Shown here piece after piece: positions 13,901 to 22,510 of a stretch of DNA of 32,000 nt. The stretch is from Planctomycetales bacterium (GTDB lineage Bacteria; 4484-113; JAFGCY01): positions 1,530,001 through 1,562,000 of the forward strand of contig CP060262.1 of assembly GCA_022646745.1 (NCBI GenBank). The letters run 5' to 3'. Under the pieces are notes generated by a model that ran no database searches, was not told the DNA's origin, and saw only the letters and a program-made list of their open reading frames with translations. Numbering within the stretch: position 1 is the stretch's first letter; every line of letters begins with the position of its first letter. A program made the translations under genes and the position numbers.

Positions 13901-14815
13901 CTACTCGTCGTCCCCGTCGCGATCCACCGGGGTGATCTCCGGGCGGTTCTCGCGTTCCTTCGGCAGGTTCCACAGCTTGGCAATGAACTCGCCCTTGCGC
14001 CGCGCACTCATCTTACTGACCTCGCCGAGGTGGCTGTCCTGGTTCCAGCCGCCGCTCTTCAGCATCTTGCGCAGCACCCGCATCTCACCCTTGGAGAAGG
14101 TGCGCGAGTTGAGGATGTGCTCCTCGAAGGCCTCGAAGGCCACCGGGCAGACCGCGCGGGCGCACTCCGCCATCGCCTCGGCGTAGACGCGGATCTCATA
14201 CTGCGCATGCGGGTCGAGCCGCAGGCGCAGGAAGTGGAACAGGTTGTGCAGGTCGATCTGCCAGTACCACTCGGTGTAGAGCGAAAGCGGCAGGTTGATG
14301 CGGGCCAGCTCACGCGCCATGCCCTGCTCGACCATCTCCTCATAGTGGCTGTAGAGCTGCTTCTGGTCGCCACCGATCTCATCCACCATCCGCTTCGCGT
14401 AGTCCGCCGGCATGCTGTCGCCGCTGCCCTGCTTGTTGTCCAGGCTCTGGAATTGCACGCGGGCCTCATCCGGGACGTAGAACTCGTCCGTCATGATGCT
14501 GTAGCGCCCGCTGACCTCATTGAGCCGTGCGGTGCGGTGGCGCACCCACTGGCGGGCCACGAAGATCGGCATCTTGCAGTGGAAGGTCATCTGCACCTGC
14601 TCAAACGGGCTGGTATGCCAGTTGCGCAGCAGGTAGTTGATCAGGCCCTTGTCCTCACGCACGCTCTTGGTGCCGGAGCCGTAGCTGACACGTGCACTCT
14701 GCACGATGCTGTGGTCCCCGCCCATGTAATCCACCAGGCGCACGAAGCCCTTGTCGAGCACCTTGAACTGCTTGTTGAGGATTGCATCGGCGGCCGGGAC
14801 GTTATTGCGGGGCAT
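13901..14815 (-). CDS. thyX: FAD-dependent thymidylate synthase ThyX
   Basis: Start at MPRNNVP (ATG complement at 14813-14815). ThyX signature QWVRHRTARLNEVSGRYS, and an N-terminal VRLVDYMGGD. Confidence 0.92.
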   Translation of the reverse strand: MPRNNVPAADAILNKQFKVLDKGFVRLVDYMGGDHSIVQSARVSYGSGTKSVREDKGLINYLLRNWHTSPFEQVQMTFHCKMPIFVARQWVRHRTARLNEVSGRYSIMTDEFYVPDEARVQFQSLDNKQGSGDSMPADYAKRMVDEIGGDQKQLYSHYEEMVEQGMARELARINLPLSLYTEWYWQIDLHNLFHFLRLRLDPHAQYEIRVYAEAMAECARAVCPVAFEAFEEHILNSRTFSKGEMRVLRKMLKSGGWNQDSHLGEVSKMSARRKGEFIAKLWNLPKERENRPEITPVDRDGDDE

Positions 14816-14821
14816 CAGAAA

Positions 14822-14827
14822 ATTATA
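14822..14827 (-). promoter_or_regulatory. perfect -10 box TATAAT 6 nt upstream of the thyX ATG
   Basis: Minus strand: tcaTATAATtttctgATG. Confidence 0.55.
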
Positions 14828-14935
14828 TGACACAAACCTGCGTCCCACGGCGCACGGCATCAACGGGGCGGTGCGGGACGGCAGGTCCCGGCCAGGCGGT
14901 TGCTGCTAACATAGGCGTTTCGCAGGTACACACAC

Positions 14936-16621
14936 ATGGAAAAATCAGATCTGAACCCCCGGCTGGACTGGCCGGCCCTGAAGCTTGAGCTCGAGGAGCT
15001 CACCGAACAGGAACTCACCGAAGAGAGCATCGATGGCTGGCTGCGCCGCTGGACCGAACTGGCCTACCAGCTGATCGAATACGCCACGCTCGTGCACCTC
15101 GCCACGATGGTGGATACACGGGATACCGAGGCGCAGGAGCGCTACCGGCAGTACATCGACACCATCGACCCGCAGGCCAAGGAGCTGGACCAGCGCCTCA
15201 AGCAGGTGCTGCTGGACAGCGGCATCGTGCCGGAGGGGATGGAAGTGCCGCTGCGCCGGCTGCGCGGTGAAGCCGAGCTGTACCGCGAGGAGAACCTGCC
15301 GCTGCAGGCGAAGCTTGCCAAGCTCGGGATGGAGTACAACGAGATCTGCGGCAACTGGAGCGTCGAGTGGGATGGCCAGCAGCTGCCGATCGCCGCGCTG
15401 CGCCGCTTCGTGGAGAACAATGACCGCACAGTTCGAGAGAAAGCCTGGCGGATGGGTGCCGACCGGATGAAGCAGGACCGCGAGCGGCTCAGTGCAATCT
15501 GGAGTGAGATGCTGGAGCTGCGCCTGCAGGTCGCAAGGAACGCCGGCTTCGACAGTTTCACCGACTACACCTGGCAGAGCTGGGGCCGCCATGACTATTC
15601 CCCGCAGGATGCGCGGACCTTCCAGCAGGCGGTGCTGTCCGTTGTCACCCCGGCGCTCAGCCGCCAGCTCAGCCGCCGCAGTGGCAGCCTCGGCGTTGGC
15701 AGCCTGCGCCCCTGGGACCTGACCTGCGACAGCGAGGGCCGCGCCCCGCTGCAGCCCTTCGCGGATGCGACAGAGCTGGAGCAGCGCACCGGCGAGGTCT
15801 ACGGTCGCCTCGATGAGCGCCTTGGCAACTGGGTCTCTGAGATGAGCCGCGACCGCCTGTTCGACCTTGCCAACCGTGACGGCAAGGCCCCGGGCGGCTT
15901 CATGACCGTGCTGCCGCAGCGCTGGCAGCCCTTCATCTTCATGAACGCCGTCGGCATGAGCGCCGATGTGCGCGTGATGCTGCATGAATGCGGCCACGCC
16001 TTCCACGTCTACCAGACCGGCGAGCTGCCCTACATGCAGCAGCGGGACGTTCCGATGGAATTCTCCGAGGTTGCCAGCATGGCGATGGAGCTGCTGGCAG
16101 CGCCCTACCTGACGGCTGACAACGGCGGCTTCTACAGCGCGGAGGACCATGCCCGCGACCATACGAGCCAGCTGGAGTACATCATCTTCACCTGGGTGAT
16201 GATCGCGATCGGTGATGCCCTGCAGCACTGGATCTACGCTAACCCAGAAGAGGCGAAGGACGCTGCCAATGTGTCGGCGAAGTACCTGGAGCTGTTCAAG
16301 CAGTACTACCCGGATGTTGACACGACGGGCATCGAGGATGAGATCGCCTGGAACTGGCAGCGCGTGCTGCACTTCTTCCTCTACCCGTTCTACTACATCG
16401 ACTACGGCCTGGCGCAGCTCGGAGCCGTGCAGATCTGGGCGAACTCGCTTGAGGATGAGAAGCAGGCCGTCACGCAGTACCTGAGCGGCCTGGCACTCGG
16501 TGGCACGGCGACCCTGCCGCAGCTGTTCGAGACCGCCGGTGCGCACTTCGGCTTCGATGAGGCGACCTTTGGCAACGCGGTGGGCCTGATCGAGGGCAAG
16601 CTGGCTGAGATGGCTGGCTAG
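14936..16621 (+). CDS. M3-family oligoendopeptidase (PepF-like)
   Basis: 561 aa. Zinc motif HECGHAFH (HExxH), downstream EFSEVASMAMEL, and a PepF-like overall length. Confidence 0.88.
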   Translation: MEKSDLNPRLDWPALKLELEELTEQELTEESIDGWLRRWTELAYQLIEYATLVHLATMVDTRDTEAQERYRQYIDTIDPQAKELDQRLKQVLLDSGIVPEGMEVPLRRLRGEAELYREENLPLQAKLAKLGMEYNEICGNWSVEWDGQQLPIAALRRFVENNDRTVREKAWRMGADRMKQDRERLSAIWSEMLELRLQVARNAGFDSFTDYTWQSWGRHDYSPQDARTFQQAVLSVVTPALSRQLSRRSGSLGVGSLRPWDLTCDSEGRAPLQPFADATELEQRTGEVYGRLDERLGNWVSEMSRDRLFDLANRDGKAPGGFMTVLPQRWQPFIFMNAVGMSADVRVMLHECGHAFHVYQTGELPYMQQRDVPMEFSEVASMAMELLAAPYLTADNGGFYSAEDHARDHTSQLEYIIFTWVMIAIGDALQHWIYANPEEAKDAANVSAKYLELFKQYYPDVDTTGIEDEIAWNWQRVLHFFLYPFYYIDYGLAQLGAVQIWANSLEDEKQAVTQYLSGLALGGTATLPQLFETAGAHFGFDEATFGNAVGLIEGKLAEMAG

Positions 16622-16622
16622 G

Positions 16623-16647
16623 GGAGGCCAGGCTGTAAGCCTGGCAA
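16623..16647 (+). repeat. GGAGG + GTAA-loop hairpin + CAA module 1 nt after the stop codon TAG 16619-16621
   Basis: GGAGGccaggc-tGTAA-gcctggCAA. Confidence 0.8.
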
Positions 16648-16648
16648 C

Positions 16649-16672
16649 GGAGGTCAGACGAAAGTCTGACAA
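16649..16672 (+). repeat. GGAGG + GAAA-tetraloop hairpin + CAA module
   Basis: GGAGGtcagac-GAAA-gtctgaCAA, with a perfect 7-bp stem. Confidence 0.8.
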
Positions 16673-16861
16673 CCACGCCTCGCTGTCGCTCCGCGTGGCA
16701 GGCAGGTTGGAGTTTGGAGAGGGGAGTTTGGAGGTCAGCCGTGAGGGTGATAAGCGGAGCCGCGAAGCGCAGCTTCGCAGGCTCTGGAACGAAGTGGCAA
16801 GCCAAATTGCGAGCTTGCGCAGCTCAGGCTTTGCCATCGCAACGCAGCTCCCGCGCCAGAC

Positions 16862-17239
16862 TTACCCCTGACCTCCGGATACATAGTCCCGCGCGGCGTG
16901 GATCATCTCCTCCTCGGCGCGGATCTCCTCGAGGTCCGGCTTGTCAACATAGACCCAGCCTTTCATGGCCTTGCCCGGGCCCATCGGCTCGAAGGGCCGG
17001 CCCCGGCCCTCCTCGAACATCTCGTTGGCAAGTTCCTCACTGAGCTTGAGGGTGATGCCGTGTTCCCAGGCGGAGACGAAGAGCTTCTTCTTCCCGCCCA
17101 CCAGCACGTACCAGGAGGGATGGCCCATCATCTGCCCGCGTACGATGCCGTCGTCGCCATCAAACAGCTCGTCCAGCAGCTGCACCACATCCTCGCGGTA
17201 GCCCGGCCAACCTGATTGTTCCTTCTTCTTCGTTGCCAC
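16862..17239 (-). CDS. small TfoX-N / YjbR-like fold protein, function unknown
   Basis: GTG start directly abuts the upstream stop codon (TAGGTG). The pattern GQMMGHPSWYVLVGGKKKLFVSAWEHGITLKL...GRPFEPMGPGKAMKGWVYV resembles TfoX N-terminal / MmcQ-YjbR domains. Confidence 0.55.
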   Translation of the reverse strand: MATKKKEQSGWPGYREDVVQLLDELFDGDDGIVRGQMMGHPSWYVLVGGKKKLFVSAWEHGITLKLSEELANEMFEEGRGRPFEPMGPGKAMKGWVYVDKPDLEEIRAEEEMIHAARDYVSGGQG

Positions 17240-17617
17240 CTAATTCCCCTTGCGCTGGTTTGTGGAAAACAGGCCGATGTGGTTGCCATGCGGGTCCTCG
17301 AAGGAAGCCCACCAGCCAAAGCCGGTGTCCTCAGCCCCGATATGCAGGCGTTCCGTCAGCACCTTCCCGCCGAGTTGTGTGACCATTGCCAGCCGGGCCT
17401 CCAGGTCCTCGACCTTGACGAAAATTACCGGGCCGGACCTCGGGCTCGGTTCGCGGCCGGTGGTGAATCCGCCACCCAGTCCCTGCTCGCCGTCATTGAA
17501 CAGCAGGTAGCTCTCCGTATTGGGCACGAAGCTCCAGCCGAACAGGCTGCCGTAGAAGTCCTGCGACTCGGCCAGGCTGCGTGAGGGTATGTTGATATGG
17601 CAGATGCTGTCAGGCAT
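17240..17617 (-). CDS. VOC (glyoxalase/bleomycin-resistance/dioxygenase fold) protein, ~120-aa single-domain type
   Basis: ICHINIPSRSLAESQDFYGSLFGW...FEDPHGNHIGLF. Confidence 0.85.
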   Translation of the reverse strand: MPDSICHINIPSRSLAESQDFYGSLFGWSFVPNTESYLLFNDGEQGLGGGFTTGREPSPRSGPVIFVKVEDLEARLAMVTQLGGKVLTERLHIGAEDTGFGWWASFEDPHGNHIGLFSTNQRKGN

Positions 17618-17637
17618 GGTCTACTCCAGAGGGATCA

Positions 17638-18153
17638 TCATGCCAATGTACCAGAGGGACGGATCGCATCCTCCACCGGCCGGCCCTCGGCATAGTCCTT
17701 CAGGCGCTTGCCCAGCAGTTCGGTCCAGCCCTCGACGTAACCGGAGTGGCTGTCCTCGGCGTACTGGTTGAAGCAGTGGTGGCTCAGTTTCACCGTCGTG
17801 CCCTTGCCATCCTCCCTCGTCTCGAACACCAGCCGGAACATGCCGGCCCCGCTCCACATCACGCCCTCCGGGATGGAAAAGCTGATCATCCGGCCCGGGC
17901 TCAGGCTCTGCACCATTGCCCACAGGCAACCGCCGCCTCCTTCCCAGACCTCCATCAGCCTGCCACCGGGCTGCTGCTCGATGACAATCTCCGTGGTGCG
18001 CGGGCCGCCCATCACCCAGTCCCGGCTCCACCAGTGCGAAATGCCGTTGACATAGGCGTCGTAGACATGGGCCGGTTCGGCGTTGACAGGAATCTCCTGC
18101 TCAATCTGCACGAAGGCATATTCAACCCTGTCAGTCTTTCCCTCAATCTTCAT
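17638..18153 (-). CDS. SRPBCC / AHSA1 (Aha1-START-like) domain protein, cytoplasmic
   Basis: IPVNAEPAHVYDAYVNGISHWWSRDW...GWTELLGKRLKDYAEG. Paralogue of 18176-18805. Confidence 0.8.
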   Translation of the reverse strand: MKIEGKTDRVEYAFVQIEQEIPVNAEPAHVYDAYVNGISHWWSRDWVMGGPRTTEIVIEQQPGGRLMEVWEGGGGCLWAMVQSLSPGRMISFSIPEGVMWSGAGMFRLVFETREDGKGTTVKLSHHCFNQYAEDSHSGYVEGWTELLGKRLKDYAEGRPVEDAIRPSGTLA

Positions 18154-18175
18154 TCCCGCTCTCCCTGTCTCGCAG

Positions 18176-18805
18176 TCACTCGGAATCCATCGGCATCACT
18201 TCAAGCGGCACGATCGCATCCTCGATCACTTCGCCCTCGCAGTACATGCGGAAGTTCTCGGCCACGAGCTTGGTCCAGCCGAAGGCGTAGCCCTCCGCGC
18301 CGTCAATTTCAGCATCGTACTGCTGGAAGGAGCGGTGCTCAAGCAGCAGGTCCGTACCGCCTTCGGTTCCCGGATTGAAGCTGATGTTGATCGAACCGGC
18401 CCCGCTCCAGAAGCTGCCCTCTGGAACGCTCATGCCGAGGAAGCTGCCCGGGACCACCTGGATCACGTTGGCCCACAGGCTTTCGCCGTTCTCGTCAATC
18501 TCCAGCAGGCGTCCACTGGCGTAGGCCTCCAGCTGCATGTTGAGGCAGCTTTCGCCACCCATCGTGAAGCCCTTGCTCCACCAGTTGCTGGTTTCGCCGA
18601 CGAACTTCTCATATACATCCCAGGGTTCCAGCTCGAGGTGCATTGCCAGAGTCACGCTGGCATCGCCAACCATGGTTTCCTGCCAGCTCGTCTCAATCGA
18701 ATAGGGCAGGCCAGCTTCACTGCCGGACTCCTGTGCGAGGGCCTGTCCGCCAGATGCGAGGCTGGCCAGCAGCAACGCGATGATGATCCGTGTTCCCATT
18801 GTCAA
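18176..18805 (-). CDS. SRPBCC / AHSA1 domain protein with signal peptide
   Basis: Signal peptide MTMGTRIIIALLLASLASGGQALA/QE. The SRPBCC core (EPWDVYEKFVGETSNWWSKGF...GWTKLVAENFRMYCEG) is colinear with 17638-18153. Confidence 0.8.
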   Translation of the reverse strand: MTMGTRIIIALLLASLASGGQALAQESGSEAGLPYSIETSWQETMVGDASVTLAMHLELEPWDVYEKFVGETSNWWSKGFTMGGESCLNMQLEAYASGRLLEIDENGESLWANVIQVVPGSFLGMSVPEGSFWSGAGSINISFNPGTEGGTDLLLEHRSFQQYDAEIDGAEGYAFGWTKLVAENFRMYCEGEVIEDAIVPLEVMPMDSE

Positions 18806-18828
18806 CTCCTTTAGCTACGGCCTGCCTG

Positions 18829-19344
18829 TCAGGCCTGTTGCCGAGCCCATTCCGGTTCATGTCCGAGGCCCAGCCTCGTACCATTCTCGCACCAGTTGCG
18901 CAGGCGCTCGCCCAGCAGGTCATCCCAGCCGCGGCCGTAGTTCTGCTGCTGCTCGGGCTTGAACAGGCCGAGCGCGCTGTGGCGGAACTTCAGTATGGTG
19001 CCACCGTTGCCGTTGTCACTGAGCATGTAGCTCCAGTTGCCGAAGCTCGGCCAGGCCATCCCACAGCTGCCCTCAAGCTCGAGGTAGCTGCCGGGAGTGA
19101 AGCCGCTGATGATGCCCCAGACGACATGCGTGCCGTCGGCACCCTTCTCAAGCATTGCGCCGCCGCCGCGCAGCTCCAGGCTGATTTCCACCGTGTCATC
19201 ACAGCACTTGTAAGGCGCACCCCACCAGGCCTGTGTTTCCTCGGTGAGTGCCCGCCAGACGCGGTCCGGAGGCGCAGCGATCGTGTATTCGGCCTGGACC
19301 TCCATCCGGTTCAGGCTCACTACCGGTAGTGCATTGTCAGTCAT
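18829..19344 (-). CDS. SRPBCC / AHSA1 domain protein
   Basis: EYTIAAPPDRVWRALTEETQAWWG...GWDDLLGERLRNWCE. Confidence 0.8.
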   Translation of the reverse strand: MTDNALPVVSLNRMEVQAEYTIAAPPDRVWRALTEETQAWWGAPYKCCDDTVEISLELRGGGAMLEKGADGTHVVWGIISGFTPGSYLELEGSCGMAWPSFGNWSYMLSDNGNGGTILKFRHSALGLFKPEQQQNYGRGWDDLLGERLRNWCENGTRLGLGHEPEWARQQA

Positions 19345-19388
19345 TGCTTGCTCCTTTGTTCCACCCCTTGGACGCCCGCTGGCGCGAA

Positions 19389-19745
19389 CTACTGTGCGGC
19401 CGGGTTCTGGTGCAGGCCGACGATGTTGCCACTGGGGTCCTTGAAGAATGCGGACCAGCCGACATCGGGGCTGATTTCCATCTTCGGCACGACGACCGTG
19501 CCGCCCAGCTGGGCCACCTTCACGAGCGCTGCGTCAATGTCATCGACATTCACGTAGACCACCGTCTGCGGGGTGCCCTCCGGGCAGTTCTCGCGGAAGC
19601 CGCCGCCGGGACCGCTGTCCGGCATCCAGACATCATAGCCGGGCATGAAGGACTGCATCTTCCAGCCGAACAGGCCGCCGTAGAACTCGGACAGTGCCTT
19701 GTTGTCAGCGGAAGCGAATTCTATCCAGTCAATGTGAAAAGCCAT
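19389..19745 (-). CDS. VOC-fold protein
   Basis: IDWIEFASADNKALSEFYGGLFGW...VYVNVDDIDAALVKVAQLGG...FKDPSGNIVGLHQ. Confidence 0.85.
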   Translation of the reverse strand: MAFHIDWIEFASADNKALSEFYGGLFGWKMQSFMPGYDVWMPDSGPGGGFRENCPEGTPQTVVYVNVDDIDAALVKVAQLGGTVVVPKMEISPDVGWSAFFKDPSGNIVGLHQNPAAQ

Positions 19746-19817
19746 TTCCCTTTCTCCTGTGATCCGGGGGAGGCGCTGCCCGGCCGCAGTGCGGCTGGCA
19801 GCACCTCCCGCCTGGTA

Positions 19818-20171
19818 TTACTCCTGGCTCCAGATGCCGACGCAGGTGCCGCTCGGATCAAGGAACAGGGCAAAGCTGCCGTGCTCATCGGAAATCTTGG
19901 TCTTCGGCATCACCTGGGTGCCGCCGTTGGCCGTGATCGTGCCGAGCATCTCGTCAATGTTGTCAACATGGATGTAGATCAGCGTGCGCTGCAGCTCAGG
20001 CGTCTTCTCCTCAACACGGAAACCGCCGCCCAGCTCACCCTCCGCCGGAACCCAGCCGCCGTAGTTGGGCATCAGGTCGTTGCACTGCCAGTTGAACACC
20101 TTGCTGTAGAAGTCCTTGGTGCCCTCCAGGTCGTGGGAGACGATTTCGATATGACAGATCTTGTGTGCCAT
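19818..20171 (-). CDS. VOC-fold protein
   Basis: ICHIEIVSHDLEGTKDFYSKVFNW...IHVDNIDEMLGTITANGG...FLDPSGTCVGIW. Confidence 0.85.
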   Translation of the reverse strand: MAHKICHIEIVSHDLEGTKDFYSKVFNWQCNDLMPNYGGWVPAEGELGGGFRVEEKTPELQRTLIYIHVDNIDEMLGTITANGGTQVMPKTKISDEHGSFALFLDPSGTCVGIWSQE

Positions 20172-20255
20172 CTTGTTTTCCTACCTCTCTATATGAATAT
20201 GGTGTGGTTTGCATGCATCGCCCCGCCCGCTGGGCAGGACGTTCAATGCACATTG

Positions 20256-20786
20256 TCAGTGGTTGTGGCCCGCATGCGGGTCCGCTTCAGCGGCGGCTTC
20301 CTCAAGCTCCGGATGGGGCATTGAGGCTTCGGACGCGAACAGGCCGAGCAGGTTGCCATGCGGGTCGTGGAACATGCCGATGAAGCCCTCGCCGACATAG
20401 ACCTCCATCCCGCTTGGCACGCCGCCGGCAGCCTCGATCGCCACGTAGGCATCGGAGATGTTCTCCGTGTAGATGTAGAGCACGACACCGCCGTCCATCG
20501 GCGGGGCGTCCACGGTGAATCCACCCATGCCGCTGCCGCCATCGCTCCAGAACATGTATTCCATGCCCTCCGGTCCCGGCACGGTGGTCCAGCCGAACAC
20601 GTTGCCATAGAAGGCGGCGGACTCATCCAGGTTGAGGCTCGGGATCTCCATGTGCACGATCTGGCCCGGGGCGGGGTTCCACTCCGGCATCGGTGCATCG
20701 GATCCGGCCTCCTGGGCAAACGCCAGGCACGACATCAACAGCAGCGCACAGAGCGCCGTCAACAGGTAACGCATTTTCCTAACCAT
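20256..20786 (-). CDS. VOC-fold protein with signal peptide and a His-rich C-terminal tail
   Basis: Signal peptide (MVRK)MRYLLTALCALLLMSCLAFA/QE; the start may be 20786 or 20774. VOC core IVHMEIPSLNLDESAAFYGNVFGW...FHDPHGNLLGLF. Tail EADPHAGHNH. Confidence 0.8.
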   Translation of the reverse strand: MVRKMRYLLTALCALLLMSCLAFAQEAGSDAPMPEWNPAPGQIVHMEIPSLNLDESAAFYGNVFGWTTVPGPEGMEYMFWSDGGSGMGGFTVDAPPMDGGVVLYIYTENISDAYVAIEAAGGVPSGMEVYVGEGFIGMFHDPHGNLLGLFASEASMPHPELEEAAAEADPHAGHNH

Positions 20787-20845
20787 CCTTTCTATATTGC
20801 CAACGGGACCTTCCCGCCGGCGAAAATGCCAGATTCAGCCGGTTG

Positions 20846-21370
20846 TCAGCCGTTCGGGCTGATCAGTCCGAGCATGTTCCCCTGGGGATCGTTGAACAGC
20901 CCGACAGTCGCCTTGCCGCCCTCGATCTCCATCGTGAAGTCGATCGACCGCCCGCCGGCGCGGTTGATCCGCTTGAAGCTCTCCTTGATGTCATCGCTGA
21001 ACAGGTAGATCACCACGCCCCGGCCATCGCCGGGTGCCACGAAGCTGGTGATCCCGCCGGTGTTGCCGGCCGGATCCTCCCAGTTGAGGATCTTCCCGTT
21101 GGTCTCCTCGTTGTCGGTGATGTTCCAGCCGAACACCTCGCTGTAGAACTCGCGGGATTCCTCCAGGTCATTGGACGGAATGTCCACCCGGATCATTGCG
21201 CCATCCACCATGCCGGGGATCTGCGCCGCCATCTCGCGGCCAGTCAGTTCCCCGGCTGCGGCAGGCTCAGCCTCAGCGGCTTCACCATCCTGGGCCTGCA
21301 CCCGGTTTAAGCCGAGCAGCATCAGCAGGCAGAGCAGTACGAGCAGGTTCAGTGAATAGAGAACTTTCAT
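20846..21370 (-). CDS. VOC-fold protein with signal peptide
   Basis: Signal peptide MKVLYSLNLLVLLCLLMLLGLNRVQA/QD. VOC core MIRVDIPSNDLEESREFYSEVFGW...FNDPQGNMLGLI. Confidence 0.8.
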   Translation of the reverse strand: MKVLYSLNLLVLLCLLMLLGLNRVQAQDGEAAEAEPAAAGELTGREMAAQIPGMVDGAMIRVDIPSNDLEESREFYSEVFGWNITDNEETNGKILNWEDPAGNTGGITSFVAPGDGRGVVIYLFSDDIKESFKRINRAGGRSIDFTMEIEGGKATVGLFNDPQGNMLGLISPNG

Positions 21371-21394
21371 GATTCAGAATTCCCGAATGACTTA

Positions 21395-21423
21395 ACTATA
21401 CACATGTTAGGCGATAAATGCAA
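21395..21423 (-). promoter_or_regulatory. sigma-70-type promoter TTGCAT-17 nt-TATAGT inside the array (AT-rich 88-nt gap)
   Basis: The minus strand reads TTGCAT(21423-21418) ttatcgcctaacatgtg TATAGT(21400-21395), 24 nt upstream of ATG 21370. Confidence 0.45.
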
Positions 21424-21458
21424 TAGCATTCACCACTCATTATGTATATTCCACAGCG

Positions 21459-21968
21459 CTACTTGTTCATCTCCTCCAGCTTGCGCCAGTCGAGGTCATC
21501 CTCCACCCAGTGGCGCAGGGACTTCAGCAGGCCGACACTCCCTTCGGTACGCCCGTCAAGCATCTGCTGGGTGATGTGGCCCATCATCTCGCCGCGCGTG
21601 CGCAGCAGGGTACCGCCGTCCTGCTCCGTCAGCTTCCATAGACCCCCGCTGTTGATCGCTCCGAACATTCCCCACTGGCCAACGGCGGCAAAGGCGTTCG
21701 GCGGGTCGCAGTAGGTGACCATTCCATAGAGCGCGCCATTGCCCTTGTCATCAAAGCGCTCTTCCCAGCGTCCCATCACGCGCGGCTCGATCACGACGAT
21801 GCTGCCCGGCTTGAAGCGGTGCGGCCACCAGTTGTCCATCCCGTCGATGATCTTCTCCCAGGCCCTGCCGATCGGCGCGCGCAGGAAGATCTCATACTCG
21901 GAGCTGACCAGTTCGACACTGAGCGGGTCCTTGAACTTGAAATCGACTTCACGGTTTGCGGTATCCAT
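21459..21968 (-). CDS. SRPBCC / AHSA1 domain protein
   Basis: EIFLRAPIGRAWEKIIDGMDNWWPHRF... Confidence 0.75.
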   Translation of the reverse strand: MDTANREVDFKFKDPLSVELVSSEYEIFLRAPIGRAWEKIIDGMDNWWPHRFKPGSIVVIEPRVMGRWEERFDDKGNGALYGMVTYCDPPNAFAAVGQWGMFGAINSGGLWKLTEQDGGTLLRTRGEMMGHITQQMLDGRTEGSVGLLKSLRHWVEDDLDWRKLEEMNK

Positions 21969-21991
21969 TTACATTTCCTCCATGTTCGCGT

Positions 21992-22468
21992 TCAGGCCTG
22001 CCCGCCCTCGAGCAGGGCCTTCAGCTTCCCTTCATAGACTTCTGCGCTGCCGGCCAGCATGTTGGCGATCATCTTCTGGGACACGTCGCCGGCGGCCAGC
22101 GTCACCTCGCGCAGCAGGGTGCCGCCGTCCTTCTCCTCGAGCTCGAGGTCGAAGATGAAGTGCACGGCCTTCAGCATGCCGACATTGCCGCTGTAGCGCA
22201 ACCGGTAGGGCGGCAGGATCATCTCCACCGTGCCGTACAGCACCCCGTTGCCACTTTCATCGAACTGCTCGAAGAAGCGGCCACCGATGCGCGGCTCGAG
22301 GATGATGCTGTGCGGGTTCTCGCTCCAGGTATGGGTCCAGTACAGATGCGGTTCCTCCACGAGTGCGCGGAAGGTACGCTCCACCGGGGCGTTGATGAAC
22401 ACCTCATAGTCGATGCGGAACCTGCCGACCTCGCTGAGCACCTGGTGTGTATCTGTTGTCATTTCCAT
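21992..22468 (-). CDS. SRPBCC / AHSA1 domain protein
   Basis: EVFINAPVERTFRALVEEPHLYWTHTW...GGRFFEQFDESGNGVLYGTV. Paralogue of 21459-21968, which has GRWEERFDDKGNGALYGMV. Confidence 0.75.
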   Translation of the reverse strand: MEMTTDTHQVLSEVGRFRIDYEVFINAPVERTFRALVEEPHLYWTHTWSENPHSIILEPRIGGRFFEQFDESGNGVLYGTVEMILPPYRLRYSGNVGMLKAVHFIFDLELEEKDGGTLLREVTLAAGDVSQKMIANMLAGSAEVYEGKLKALLEGGQA

Positions 22469-22510
22469 AACCGCCTTGTATTCGTAGTGGCGCTGCCCCG
22501 CGCCCCGTCC

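Noticed and set aside
14945-16837. 630-aa minus-strand ORF antisense to the M3 peptidase. Similar long shadow ORFs occur at 11173-12627(-), 5784-7103(-), 5536-6585(-), 3511-4524(-), 1728-2555(-), 24701-25522(-), 9598-10374(+), 14030-14830(+), 19248-20324(+), 21956-23236(+), 18083-18814(+), 17746-18378(+) and 20358-21008(+).
   Set aside because: Each lies opposite a gene with clear family motifs. Their translations are the Arg/Ala/Gly/Pro/His-rich low-complexity products typical of stop-poor antisense frames in GC-rich DNA, and none shows a recognisable motif, signal peptide or start context.
16862-16880. GGAGGTCAGGGGTAA at the 3' end of the TfoX-N-like gene as another member of the GGAGG-hairpin family.
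   Set aside because: Here the GGAGG lies inside the coding sequence (encoding ...SGGQG*), and the downstream sequence does not form the matching CTGAC stem. This is probably a chance match or a degenerate relic.
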